Source of the DNA: Callorhinchus milii
Taxonomy: Eukaryota
Direction of reading: 5' to 3'
Assembly: GCF_018977255.1 (NCBI RefSeq)
Contig: NW_024704743.1
Coordinates: forward strand, 55,306,001-55,370,000
DNA: 64,000 nucleotides
Position numbers and translations under genes: made by a program. Of this stretch, positions 11,841 to 24,254 are shown piece by piece. The notes below the pieces were generated by a model, which had not been told where the DNA came from, did no database searches, and worked only from the letters and a program-made list of their open reading frames with translations. Position 1 is the stretch's first letter, and every line of letters starts with the position of its first letter.

Positions 11841-13994
11841 TTCAACCTGTACATGCTCCCTCTTGGTGACATCATCCGCTGACATGCGGCCAACAACTTC
11901 CACATGTATGTAGATGATACCCAACTGTATCGCTCTACCTTCACTCTCGACTTCAGGACCACTGATGTCCTGATAGACTGACTGTCCTGGATGAGAGTCA
12001 ACTTTCTACAATTGCCCCGTCAGCAAGACCGAGGCCCTCCAGATTGGCTCACACCAGCACCTCCACACCTCAGGCATTGGCAGTATCAGCATCCATAGAT
12101 CCATACTCCACCTCGCCATGCCAGTCAGGAACCTAGACGTCTTGTTCGACCCTCAACTGTCCTTTCTCCCCCACATCTGTGCCATGACCCACTGTTCCTT
12201 CCCCCAACTCCGCAACATTGCCTGACACTGCCACTGCCTCACCCCTCAGGCCGCTAAAACCTTCATAAATGTCTTAATTGCATCTCGGCTCAACTATGTC
12301 AACTCCTTACTTGTTGGCCTTCCCAACTCTTCCCTCCACAAGTTGCAGACCATCCAGAACTCTGCAGCTTGTGTTCTCTCCCACAACAGGCTCCGTGACC
12401 CCATCACACCCACTCTCGCCCGGCTCCACTGGCTCCCCATCCCTCAGGATCGAGTTCAAACTCCTTGTCCTCACCTTCAAGAGCCTTCACAGCCTTGGCC
12501 CCTCCTACCTCTCCAACCTGCTAACCCTTTATCAAGAACAAACAAAACTCTATAAATTGCAGTTCATACAACGTGAGAGAGGAAATCATTTTAAAATTCA
12601 TATAAGGCAACACTGTCTGCTCCCTCTGATCACCAGGCTCCATGTCCCCTGTCCGGCCTGCCCCACCAGAGGCAGTCTGGCCTTCAGTCTCTGCCCCCAT
12701 CCTCTGGAACTCCATCCCACATTCCCTTTGCCTTGCTTCCTCCCTTACCTCCTTCAGGGCACGGCTCAAGACCCTCCTCTTCAACCATGCCTTCGGCCAC
12801 CCTCCTAACCTCTCTGCCCTCCACTCTCCCTGATCCCAAACCCCTCCGCTAGGATCCTAATCCCTAATCCCTGACTGTTCAGTACCTTGGGACATCCTCC
12901 TGATGTGAAAGGCACTTTACAAATTTTGTATTGTGTTACTATCCCACCCTCCAGCTGTGTAATAATTTCATTATTAAAGAAGGATTTCCTTGGTGACATG
13001 GGACGTTTCCATTTTGTGCTGTGCAGCAATTGAAGATTCATTCTATCTGATCTCACCTTCTTCATCCTTGTAAGTTTGAATGTATACGAATAAACGTATG
13101 TCTCATAGTAAAAATACTTCCATCACTTTATAACATCCATTTAAGAGGTCATTTTGAAAGCACAAGATTGTAATTGATTAGAACATTTTGTAACTGAAGC
13201 AATAATCAGGCACATCTATTAATATTTACAACTAGAGCAAACAAAACTCTGTAAGTTGCAGTTCATGCAACGTGAGAGAGGAAATCATTTTAAAATTCAT
13301 ATAAGACAACACTGGTATATGAAGACAGAGTAAAGCATCAAGTAAACATTCTGGTACATCTGTTTATATGGCTGTTCATAAATAGCGTCCGGTTTTTTGA
13401 GTGATCTGGTAATAAAGAACAGAGCAACAAGTTGAGGGACTTGAAACAGGCAGAACTCAATTTACCCTGCAGGTTCCAGATGGGAACTTAAATATATGCT
13501 CAAATGAGTTCTCTTTCTTTATATAATATGGTTGTTTATGTCCATGTTAAGAAAATATGATTATTTTATGTCTGCATTAAGGAAGCCTTTTTATTTTATT
13601 TCCCTTATGCTCTAATTTTTCTTCTGAAGATAATGGGATAGAAGTTTCATTTAAGTCTAGATCTACTCAATTTTCTTTTCAGTACATCCAGAATTTGGCA
13701 AACTTAGCCTGATTCAATTGATAGTTCTCATCTCTAGATGTGGACTCTAATCCCTTGTTGAGACTTGGACCTCATAGTCTAGGTTGACGCTCCAATGCGC
13801 CAAGTGAGGAATATATTTTAAAGGTCTTCACAAGATTAACTGTAAAGTGTAGTGACTGTATATTGTAGTTGAAGCTTGTTACTACTTTCACTTGGTGACC
13901 ACAAACAGACACACTCACACCTTGTAGTTCACTCGCACACTGAATAGCAATTAGAAATGACAACTCTGAATGTTTTTTCTCTTCTTTCACCTAG

Positions 13995-14735
13995 CACCTC
14001 CGCTTGACTGGCACCGGCCTCCTCCTTATCCCTCACACACTTCACCCCACCATTGAAGGTTGCGCTTTCAGCCATTACACCCCGAAACTCTCCCTCAATC
14101 ACTCCGCCTTGTCCCCTCTCTTCCCTTCTTCATGTCCTGCCTGAAATCAATCGAATTCAAGATCTTCATCCTCAACTACAAGGCCATTCACGGCTTTGCT
14201 CCATCCTACCTCTCTGACCTACTATCCCCCTACCTACCTGCCCGTACCCTCCGTTCCTCTGGCTCCGGTCTGCTCCACATTCCCCGCCCCAACCGCCCTA
14301 CCATCGGTGGCCGGGCCTTCAGCCTCTCAGCCCCGAGGCTCTGGAACTCCATCCCCCAGTGCCTTCGCCGCCTCCTCCCTTTCCTCCTTCAAGGCCAGTC
14401 TCAAGACCTTTCTCTTTGACCGTGCCTTCAGCTCCCCTCTCGACTCTCTACCCCCTCCTCGCTCCCTCCCTTCCCTCCCCTCACCCTTACCATTTCCCCC
14501 CTGCTCGGGTCCTGACCCAACTGTACAGCGCCTTGGGACGTCCTCCCGACGTGAAAGGCGCTCTATAAATGGAATCTTGTTGTTGTTGTTGTTGAAAACC
14601 TTCTCCCTTCTACCATGCTTTTGGCCACCTTCCCCACCAGCCCCACCGGCTCAGAGTCAGGCTCTGCCACTGTTAAACACTCTGAGACTCTACTCTGTGT
14701 GGAGGGTGCTATATAAGTGCAAGTTGTTGTTGTTG
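13995..14735 (+). mobile_element. Old L2 3' fragment containing a young L2 3' fragment (14150-14593)
   Basis: Host ..ctgcctgaaa | insert | aaaaccttc..; insert ends in stem-loop and (TTG)n. Confidence 0.88.
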
Positions 14736-14814
14736 GGTGAAGGTGTGTGGATGTGTGAAGATGAATACCACTGCTTGAGGTTCTGGGATTTAAAAAGTAA
14801 ACTTACATTGTTGG

Positions 14815-15235
14815 AATAATCATCCTTGAGTTTAATGCAGCGCATTATCATTTCATCAAGTCATCTCAAAGCAATTCACAAGATTTATTGTAAAATGTAG
14901 AGACTTTGTATTTTGTAGGCAAATGCACAGTTAATTTGAACACAACATCCCACAGTCATGAGGTGAGTGATCAATTTTATCTGGGTGGTTGTTAGCCAGG
15001 ACATCAGGAGAACTCCCCTTTTTGAATAGTGACATGGGATCTTCAATGTACGCATGAACAGCCTCAATTTAACGTCCCTTTATGACGGCATCTTCAACAA
15101 TGAGCGGCCCACCCCCCAGCTCTGTACCAGAGTGCCAGCCTACTCTGTGAGCTCCAAGTGCCAACTTGGGGCTTGAACCCCCCCATCAACTGTCTGATTC
15201 AGTGGTGAGAGTGCTTCCAGGCAGGTCAGGCAGAC
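14815..15235 (-). mobile_element. Deu-domain SINE, near full length, decayed
   Basis: Tail, central gacatgggatctt..tttaacgtc..gacggca and tRNA-like head. Confidence 0.7.
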
Positions 15236-16859
15236 ACCTTATTGAATGCATTTAGGGTATTTTTGTAGTTTGTTGATTTTCTGGGATTTTTCCATATTCT
15301 TCAAGCAAATATCTTACTACTTTGTTACCAGGACAGCTATTAATATTTACAACCACAATAAACAACCTGTAACACATGGTTCATTACAGTATGATAGAGG
15401 AAGTCATTTTTTAATATCCTCTCAGATCCAGTTAGCATATGAAGATAAATTACAATATTAAGGTAAATATTTTTGTGAGCTGTGCAAATGACTGTTCATA
15501 ACATATGTCATTGTTTCCCAGGACCTCATTTGGCTGCTTTTCATGAGTTTTTGAGAATCTTAATTTCTGAAATAGCCAGGAACACATTATTGCAAGTGCT
15601 CCACAGACTTGGCTCAAAGTATTTAAATTCATTATTACTGAATATTTTCAGTTCTCTCGAAGGCACTGGCTCTTGTTGGGATACATTTCCACAGGTGCTG
15701 ACAGCATTTTAATAGTTTGCCGAAAGTCAGCTTTCTTCATGTGTGAACTTGTAGTGAGAAATGATAGCCTATTTGATTGTGATGAACATTATAGCTAAGA
15801 TAATTAATAATAATATGATAATACTTGCATTTGATATTGCCCCTTTCAAGTGAGGAAGACAAGATTTACTATAAAGTGTAGTGACTGTATATTGTAATTG
15901 AAGCTTGATACTATTTTCACTTGGTGACCACAAACAGACACACTCACACCCTGAATAGCAATTAGAAATGACAACACTGAATGTTTTTTCTCTTGTTTCA
16001 ACCAGGGAACCAATTTTAGTTTAGAGTTACAGATAAACTAGTTCAATACGAATCAGAGATTGAACCCATTGTTTTTAATTCTGTGCCATAGTGGATGTTA
16101 GCTTTATCCAATGGAGTGTTGATGGATCTCAGTGTTGTATTATACCTATTCACTAAATCTGATTTACATTTTAGAATTTATCAATGTCATAATGCATTTA
16201 AGTAATTATCACCATTTATGGCCACCTTTCTCCAGATTAAATTGATGACAAGGTATTTATGCACATAAACATAGAAACACGAACCTGGAAAACTGCAGCG
16301 AGTGAAGTGCAAATTAAAACATTGTTATCTTCCATTCTGAATTAAACAAAAGCATCAACTGATCTGTTGTGTGAACCCTCACCCCTTCTGACTTTGATAC
16401 AATGGTTGAGGTTGAAGGTAGCTCATAATTTTTCCAGTTAGCAAGAACAGCAAGATTACATTTGTACAGTACCTTTCACGTCGGGAGGACATCCCAAGGC
16501 GCTGGGAGGATATCATTGAAACTCAACAACAACAACTTGTATTTATATAGCGCCCTTGACGTGGGTAGGGTCTCGGAGCACTTAACAGCGGAAGAGCTCG
16601 ACACCGAGCCAGGAAGAGGGGAGTAAATCAACACAGAATCAGAGTAGAGCCAGCATCATGCTAACCAGCACTCTAGTCACAAGATCACAAGAGTGGCTAA
16701 GATGAGGAAGGCCCTTCTACCCATTTGATCCAGAATAGCTAAACCCTGTCATTTTAGCATCAAGCTAATTCTTCAGCTGTCTGGCTTCAACCACTGCTTC
16801 CAACTACCTGTTTCCTGTCCTTATCCTGCTGCTTCGCCCTATCTATCTTTAAATGTTCA

Positions 16860-17015
16860 AATAGATAATTATTTGGGGAGGACAAGTTTGCAGGGCTCTG
16901 GGGAGAGCGGGATTGATTTGGTAGCTCTTTTCAAAGGGCCAGCACAAACATGATGGGCCGAATGGCCTCCTTCAGTGCTGTATAATTCTATGATTCTATG
17001 ATTCCATGATTCTAT
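16860..17015 (+). mobile_element. CR1 LINE 3' end
   Basis: gatgggccgaatggcctccttc.gtgctgt followed by (ATTCTATG)n-like tail. Confidence 0.8.
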
Positions 17016-17294
17016 GAAAGCCCACCTTAAAACCTGCTCTACCTATGCTCACCTTTCTCTCCCTCTTCTCTCTTGCTCAACGTCCAACCTCACAACTGTG
17101 AAGTGCTCTGAGACATTATTCTATGTGAAGGATATCAGCATGCGGTTGTTGTTGTTTGTAAAACATGTGATGCTCAACCCTCAAAGTCCAAAGGGCATTG
17201 CTAATACCTTCACCATAACCATTGTGGTGGAGTGGGGGGGGGGGAGAAAGGAGCATCACGGAGCAGGTTGGAATTTTCAGCAATGTGATAATTA

Positions 17295-17690
17295 ACAACA
17301 AAAATTGCATTTATATCACGCTTCTCACGCAGGGTAGCATCCCAGAGTGCTTGACAGTGGCGGAGCACGACCCCGAGCTGTGGGCAGGTAGAGTTGACCG
17401 TAGGCAAATAAGAAGGACTTCTGGGGTGACCTGAAGATGCAGAAGGAAGGGTAAGGAGAGGGATAGAGGAAGAGTGTTCCAGAGTTTTGGGGAGTAGTGG
17501 CTGAAAGAGCAGCCACTGATGGTGGAACGGAGTGCACAGGGGACATGGAGAAGGCCGGAGCCAGTCGAGTGGAGGCAGCAGGTAGTGGGTTGGCGGGTGA
17601 GCAGGTCGGAGAGGTAGGGAAGTGCCAGGGCATAAAGAGATTTGAAAACGAGTGTGAGGATCTTGAAATTGATCCATTCAGCAATGGAAA
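17295..17690 (-). mobile_element. L2 LINE 3' fragment
   Basis: INFKILTLVFKSL..YLSDLL..PKLWNTLP on the minus strand. Confidence 0.85.
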
Positions 17691-18534
17691 GCTGTCTTGG
17701 CTCAGTATGTTTCTCTTCCATGACGAGGCATTAAATACAGACAATTGTTATTATATTTTAATGTTGGAGATGGGTCTAAACAAAGCTGAAATTTAGTTAC
17801 AGTTCCATTACTGTAAATTGCTGCATTATGAACTTCATGTCAGTTAACAAAGCCAAGCTCTTTGCTTAAATGCCAAGCACTAAAATGTTTCCACTGTTAC
17901 AGTAGAAATAGTCCTCTGTTTGCTCCACCTACACGTCTTACAAGTGCTACAAAGAAAGGACAATAGAAATGAAGTTTCTAATAATTTTTCAGTCAATCGT
18001 GTATTATTCCAGTTGCTAGGAACATAGTTCCTCTCTTCCCCCACATGAATGAACCTTATTGTCGTATCAGAAGCTAAACTCTTTGTATCCATTGTTTATT
18101 TTGCGATTTTACAATGTGTAATAACAATAAAGAGACTCACACAGAGCACCAGGAGAGGAGGGGAATTCCAGCACTTGTTGTTTTATGATCTGATTAGGAA
18201 CACTAAAATGTTGAAGGTGCAGCTTTATTATAGCTGGTACAACATAAGAGTCTTAGCTGGAGGAGAGGAGGGAACAGGTTAACAAAAGTTGGTTATAGTA
18301 ATGAGCCTTAGATAGCATAGCATAGATAGAGTACTTTATCTATGCTATTGAGCTGTTCTAAGAGCTTCAAAGGATTTACTGTAAAGTGCAGTACCTATAG
18401 GTTTTGTAGGCAATATATATTGCCAATGTATTTTCTAGGTAAACATAGCAGATAATTTGCATGCAGCAATGTCCGAAAAACAGTCGTGAATTAAATGACC
18501 AATTTTATTGTTGGTCAGGGCACCAGAAGAAATT

Positions 18535-18695
18535 GTGAAAGGTCATCGACCTGAAATGTTAACCCACTTTCCTTTCTCCATAAATGGGTTAATGATTCCA
18601 CAGATCTCCCAACAGACACTGCCTGACCTGCTGAGTGTTCCCGGCAACTTCTGTTTTTATTTCAAATTTCCAGCTTCTGCAGTATTTTGGCTTTT
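18535..18695 (+). mobile_element. 161-bp Penelope-like terminal-repeat remnant inserted in a Deu SINE
   Basis: Perfect 9-bp TSD GAAGAAATT (18526-18534, 18696-18704); body gaaaggtcatcgacctgaaa..ctgcctgacctgctgagt..ttccagc.tctgcagt; family name from recollection. Confidence 0.55.
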
Positions 18696-18749
18696 GAAGA
18701 AATTCCTTTCTCTTTTTGAATAGTGCCGTGCGATCTATAACATCCATCT

Positions 18750-19190
18750 TCACACTACTTCACACTGCTTTGACATAGTGAGCAACAAGTCAACTAACAC
18801 CCCTAAATCTCTTTCAGCTTCCCTCTTGGCAAGTTCAATCCCGTTCATAGAGTACTTGTGTTTCCTTTTCTTGGATCCTACATGTAGTACCTTGCATTTA
18901 TTAGTATTAAACTTAATTTTGCCATTTATCTGCCCGTGTGCAGACCGTATTAAGCTCTCTTTGCCTCCTTCATTTTGCCTCTGTTGATTCCACAGTTCCC
19001 TCCAACTTGGTATCATCTGCAAATGTAACTATCTTACACTGGGTCTGTGAATCCTGGTCATTAATATATATGAGGAATAAATGGTCCCAGTACAAATCCC
19101 TGAGACATCCCACTTAATTCTTCACCCTATTTTGACCAAGTTCCCCTAACAAAGATTCTCTGCATCCTTCCCTTTAGCCAATTCTGAATC
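18750..19190 (-). mobile_element. CR1 LINE RT fragment
   Basis: KFNTNKCKVLHVG..ERDLGVLVD..MSKQC on the minus strand; FADDTKL at ~19005-19025. Confidence 0.9.
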
Positions 19191-19864
19191 AACGTTGAAT
19201 AAAAAAGAAGGAATACAATCAAGATATTTCCGAGTCAGAAGGTTGTGGGTTCAAGCCCAATGTCGCAATTTGAAATTATATAGTCTACGTTGACACTCCA
19301 ATGCTGTGCTGGGGCTGTATTACATTGTTGGAAGCGCCATCCTTTGGATGAGAAGTTAAATCGTTGTCCCTTTTCAGGTGGATGCTAAAGACCCCATGAA
19401 ATTACTTGAAAAGAGAAGGCAGTTTCTCCTGATGTGAAAAGCGCTTACCATAATTATTATTATTATTATTATTGCTCAAGGCTTCTCTTAGGATCTTGTG
19501 ATCTATACTCAGTCCAGCAGAATGCATTATTACAGCAACACACAACAATAACAACAAAATTACATTTGTAAAGCGCCTATCACATCGGAAGGACGTCCCA
19601 AGGCGCTTACAGCAGAGTAACAACAAGAACTTGCATTTATTTAGCGCCCCATTAAAAGCACTTCACAGTGGCAGAGTTTGACAGAGTTACTGCTCTGCAT
19701 GCTCTATAATATTTGTTGTATAGGATATCATGAGGCAACACTAGCAAGCAAATGAGCAATGGCCCATGGGTTATGCCACTTTGCAGCTGTGCCTCTAGGA
19801 TACATTTCCTCTTTGTCTCAAAGTTTTATGAGGCGTACATATCAAAGAGTTGAAAGTCCCCTGT

Positions 19865-19877
19865 TGCCATCTGCTGG
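19865..19877 (-). promoter_or_regulatory. CTCF core motif match
   Basis: Reverse strand CCAGCAGATGGCA, exact match to CCASYAGRKGGCR. Confidence 0.45.
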
Positions 19878-19954
19878 ATAAAACAGAAACCAACAAATAA
19901 CAGTCTGATCATTGTACTATAAAATAAACTGCTTGTCTGATTATCATAGTGAAT

Positions 19955-20320
19955 ATAATAATAATACTTAGATTTTCACATAGAACCTTTCACGCCAGGG
20001 GGACATCTCAAAGCACTTCATATTCATTGAATTTTGTCGGTAAAATGTGCCAACCAATTTGCACGCAGTAATGTCCCTCAAACAAATGGGAAGTGAATGG
20101 CCAATTGTATTATTTTTTTGCAGAGGGCGGGGGGAGGAAGGAATTGTTGGCCAGGAGAAACTCCCTTCAGTTTTGGAATAGTACCATGGGATCTTTAATG
20201 TCCACCTGAATAGGCAGACAGGACGTCTCAGTTTAATGTCTCATTCAAAGTCCTGAGGTGGCCCTTGAACCTACTACGTTCTGTTTCAGGGGCAAGAGTT
20301 CTAATAGCTCAGCCAAGCTG
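19955..20320 (-). mobile_element. Deu-domain SINE (internally deleted)
   Basis: accatgggatctttaatgtccacctgaa..cagtttaatgtctcat plus L2-like tail. Confidence 0.7.
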
Positions 20321-20824
20321 ACACGCTTCTGAACTTCTTGACGATCATCTGAAAATGTTTTTTCTAATGATCTATTTGTTCTTCTCCCTCTTTCTGAAGA
20401 CATTAGCACATGCAGGAGAGTAACTCCCTGGGCCCAGCAGCTCACTGGTAGTTTGCCCAATTGACCATTCTCTGCTGTGAACCTTGCTACCTAGACAGTG
20501 GCTACTGATCAGGAAGTCACTTTACCATAAGGAAAGTCATTTTACTAGTCAAAGTCCATCCTATTCCCACCAAATGTCCACATACAGCCATTTCCAGCAG
20601 GGTTCCCTGGAGACCGATCAGGAATAGGAAGCCTGGTTGTTGTTGTCCTCTTTAGTCCAGAAGCCAAACTTAGGGATAACTATTAGATCAAAATACTTAG
20701 GACAGATTTGGGGAGAGCAAAACTGGGTTGTGCATGGCTCAGTATCACATTGTAATTACCCACTAAAACATTAGGGCAGTAATAATGTGAAGTACAATAA
20801 AACCATTAACTAGAACCATAGAAA

Positions 20825-21122
20825 CAATAACAACAGCAACAACTTGGATTTATATAGTGCCCTCCACGCTGGATGGCATCTCAGAGCGCTTCACAGTAAC
20901 GGATCCCGGGGCCGAGCCAGGGGCATGGGGAGGAAGGTGATCAAAGGCATGGTCGAAAGGAAAGGTCTTCAGCCGAGACCCGAAAATAGGAAGAGAGGGG
21001 GAGAGGCAAAGAGAGTGAGGAAGGGAGTTCCAGAGCCTCGGGGCGTAGTGGCTGAAGGCACGGCCACCGATGGTGCAGTGGAGGATTCAGGGGACAAGGA
21101 GGAGGCCAGACCAGGTGGAGTG
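20825..21122 (-). mobile_element. L2 3' fragment (second subfamily)
   Basis: Reverse complement of the 27320-27605 and 43515-43802 type. Confidence 0.85.
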
Positions 21123-24100
21123 AAACATAACACAAGTGCTCTGGCCGGGGCGCTACCCCGCGTGGAGGGTGCTATATAAATGCAAGTTGTTGTTGTAGTG
21201 AGGTTAATGCTGCAGTGTTTCTTAACAGATTTCTTAAATAAGAAATCCAAATAGAGACTACTTCTGGCATCTGGAAATGTGCCATGCATGTCATTCCGAC
21301 TCAAGGGAATACCGTACTGAAAATAGACTGAGTTGGAGCAGCCTTCCTACTAGTGAACATCACCGACCTCTGGATTTCTTAATTTAGAAATCTATTAAGA
21401 ACTCTCAAAAATCAATCCCAAAATGTTGCTATTAAGTATTTAGAGGATGCAAGGTCAAGAACTTTTTGATTGGAAAATAATGCACCAAATAGTCTTGCTA
21501 TTAAGCTACTTACTATTAGGCTTGCTATTAGGCTCAGTAAAGGTAAAATCCATTGCAATCTATTGCTTCTAAGTCATGTATGTTATTAAAAATGCATTGG
21601 TGTAAAACGTGTGGTGTTTCAAAACTATTGCTGGTGTTAACAACAACAACAACAAAAAGATTACATTTGTATAGTGCCTTTCATCGGGAGGATGTCCCAA
21701 GGCACTGGACAGCGAACAGTTAACAGTTATAGTTAACCCATTAGCTGGCAGTGCATCCCTCCTGGAAAACCATCCAACAACGTTTTTGCCTTTGGGCCGA
21801 GCCTGCTTGATCGCTACAAAGTCAATTTTTGACTTGGAAGATTGTGTTCCTGCTTGGTAGACCAACCCTGAAAAATATTGAACAAAAAATATGTGGAAAT
21901 CCCATTGGGGACAACAATTTTCAAAACAAAAACATTTTCAATTTCAAAAAAGAAATTGAAAAGGAAGAAGCCACTTAGGTGGTATGTTGCCACCTGATGG
22001 GCAATAGTTAATGTCAGTGATAATTGTTAAATGCCACAAAGTCTACTTCATCTTATTTTTGGGAGTTGGACACTTTTTTTTAATATAAAAACGATTATTA
22101 ATAATAGTTTATATTTGGTTTACATTAAAGTGTCCAAACATTAAGAGACTGAAGACTGATCAGAGCAGGAATTTGGAGCAATATAACCAACAGAGACTGC
22201 AATGGGCTTGGGGAGTAGACTCATAAATAGTGTCAATGAAAGATGAACTACGGGTAACGCACTCATATATGCGCTTTAAATAGAAAGCCCAGCTTAGAGT
22301 GTCATCTGACCTGTATTGGAGAAAGGTTGTATAAGGAATCAGAGGTACAAAAACATGTTTGCTTACAAAAGACACAGTTACTACACTTTACAGTAAACCC
22401 CATGAAGCACTTTGAGATGTCCTTCTGATGTAAAATCCAAGAATTAATGCTGTTTATTATTAGTATTGTGTTAAATATCTAGACCTATTTGATAAGCAAA
22501 TGTATAGGAGAAATTGCTGAGGCACAAATTTCCACTGACATTTGGCAGAGTATGACCAAAGGCCTGTGAGTACTTTACTGTAAAAACAATTAGCGCTAGT
22601 CACTGACTGTCACGGTATTACACCTATACACTCTGTTTGCTTGCCCACCTATACAGACAACGGCAATCGATCAATGTGTGCAAACAGGAACGTCATGACA
22701 GCCAAGGTACAGGACAGCCGGTGCAGTGTATCTCACATCTTTCTCCTTAAATTTGGTTCTATCCTCAATGGTGTCTCTGCCTATTGTGAATTCCAGACCT
22801 ACCTCGTAAGCAAAATAATTAGAATAATAATAATAACCCTTGTATTTGATATAATGCCTTATCACGTCTTCGAGGCATGTCAAGGCACTTCACAAAATAT
22901 ACTGTAAAGTGAATTGACTGTATATTTTGTGGGCAAAACGCGGCAGACAATTGTACACAGCAGTGTCCCACAAACAGTCATGGATTGAGAAATGAAATGA
23001 AACCAGTTTCAAAATTATCGCTGGGTTTTATCGCAAGTCCTGCTTCATCTTAAATGTTTAAGACAAAATGTGAGATAGGATGTCAGGAAACATAGTTTGT
23101 TTAAGTGCTCTGAGACACTACCCTACGTGGAGGGCGCTATATATAAGTGCAAGTTGCTGTTGTTTGGGTCGCTGTGACGCAATCATATGAAAGAATCATA
23201 TGTTTGAATTATTGTTCTAATCTTATACCTTTATGTACAGATGCTCAACACATGTTGAGCTAAATTGTACATTGTTGCAATGTGTTAATTAATACCTTTA
23301 ATAAGTGTAATAACCTTATGATAATTAATCCACCGACTGGTCTGCAGGTGCTGGAAGCAAACCTCCCTTTTGTTGGTATCTGAGCAGTCAGCCACGCTTT
23401 ACATTGATCTTTCAATATACAGGATAATACTTTTCTCTGACTTTTTTTCTTTAGTAAAGCCTTTTATTGTCTGTAAAGGCAGAGGAGCCAGAAATCCAAA
23501 AATAAGTCCCACAATAATTTATGTACATTTGATCTATATACAAGGGATTTATGATATTTGTTGTAAACAAATTAGAAAAGGTTTCAGTTTTTTTATTTTA
23601 ACAGGTTTGTGCAGAATTAGGACATTGATGACAGGAGAGGGGAGCAGTCAATGGACCTTAAGGGAAACATGGAGCAGTAGGGCTTGGGATGGAGAGTGTG
23701 GATGGTACTTTACTCTGGCAGTCTTCCAAAGGCATACCTCTGATATGGACCTCGCTGACCCCAGAACATATTTGGAACCAGAGATTACAGACTCCGATGG
23801 CCTGCCCTGTTAGAATAATCCAGGCATTACATTACATGAGCTGTGGGGAGCAGGCAGCTGTTTATCTCTTTTCAGCTATGCATGTTGTACCCGATTTGAG
23901 ATTGTAGTCTGGCAATTAGCTGTTACTGACTTGACAGCACTATATTTGACTCCTGGTTGTGCAGTGTAACTCTGTAAGACCAGTAACCTATTTATCTATA
24001 CTTGCATTTTGAAGATTTCTCTTACAATCTAAATATAAACCAGTTTTTATTGTGTTCTTCATGGGCAAAGTGCCTTATAAAGAACTGTAGAGTCATGACA

Positions 24101-24254
24101 AGTGGTCAAAACACTATGAATATACCAAATGTAAAGTGATCATGATGTTACTGACCAAGCATGTCGCAAACCAAGCATGTCACACGGATCAGTTTATGAG
24201 CTGTCATCTATAAAATTGTGGTGTCACTTTTACTGGGACATGTAAGACTTGGGA

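Larger units (their letters stand above)
8640..12930 (+). mobile_element. Old near-full-length L2 ORF2 (endonuclease + RT + 3' tail), frameshifted and interrupted by at least 4 insertions
   Basis: TETW at ~8930, ILGDFNLH at ~9245, YRPISN at ~10320, GSILGPLLF at ~11385, HMYVDDTQLY at ~11905, 3' stem-loop tail at ~12885-12915. Confidence 0.9.
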
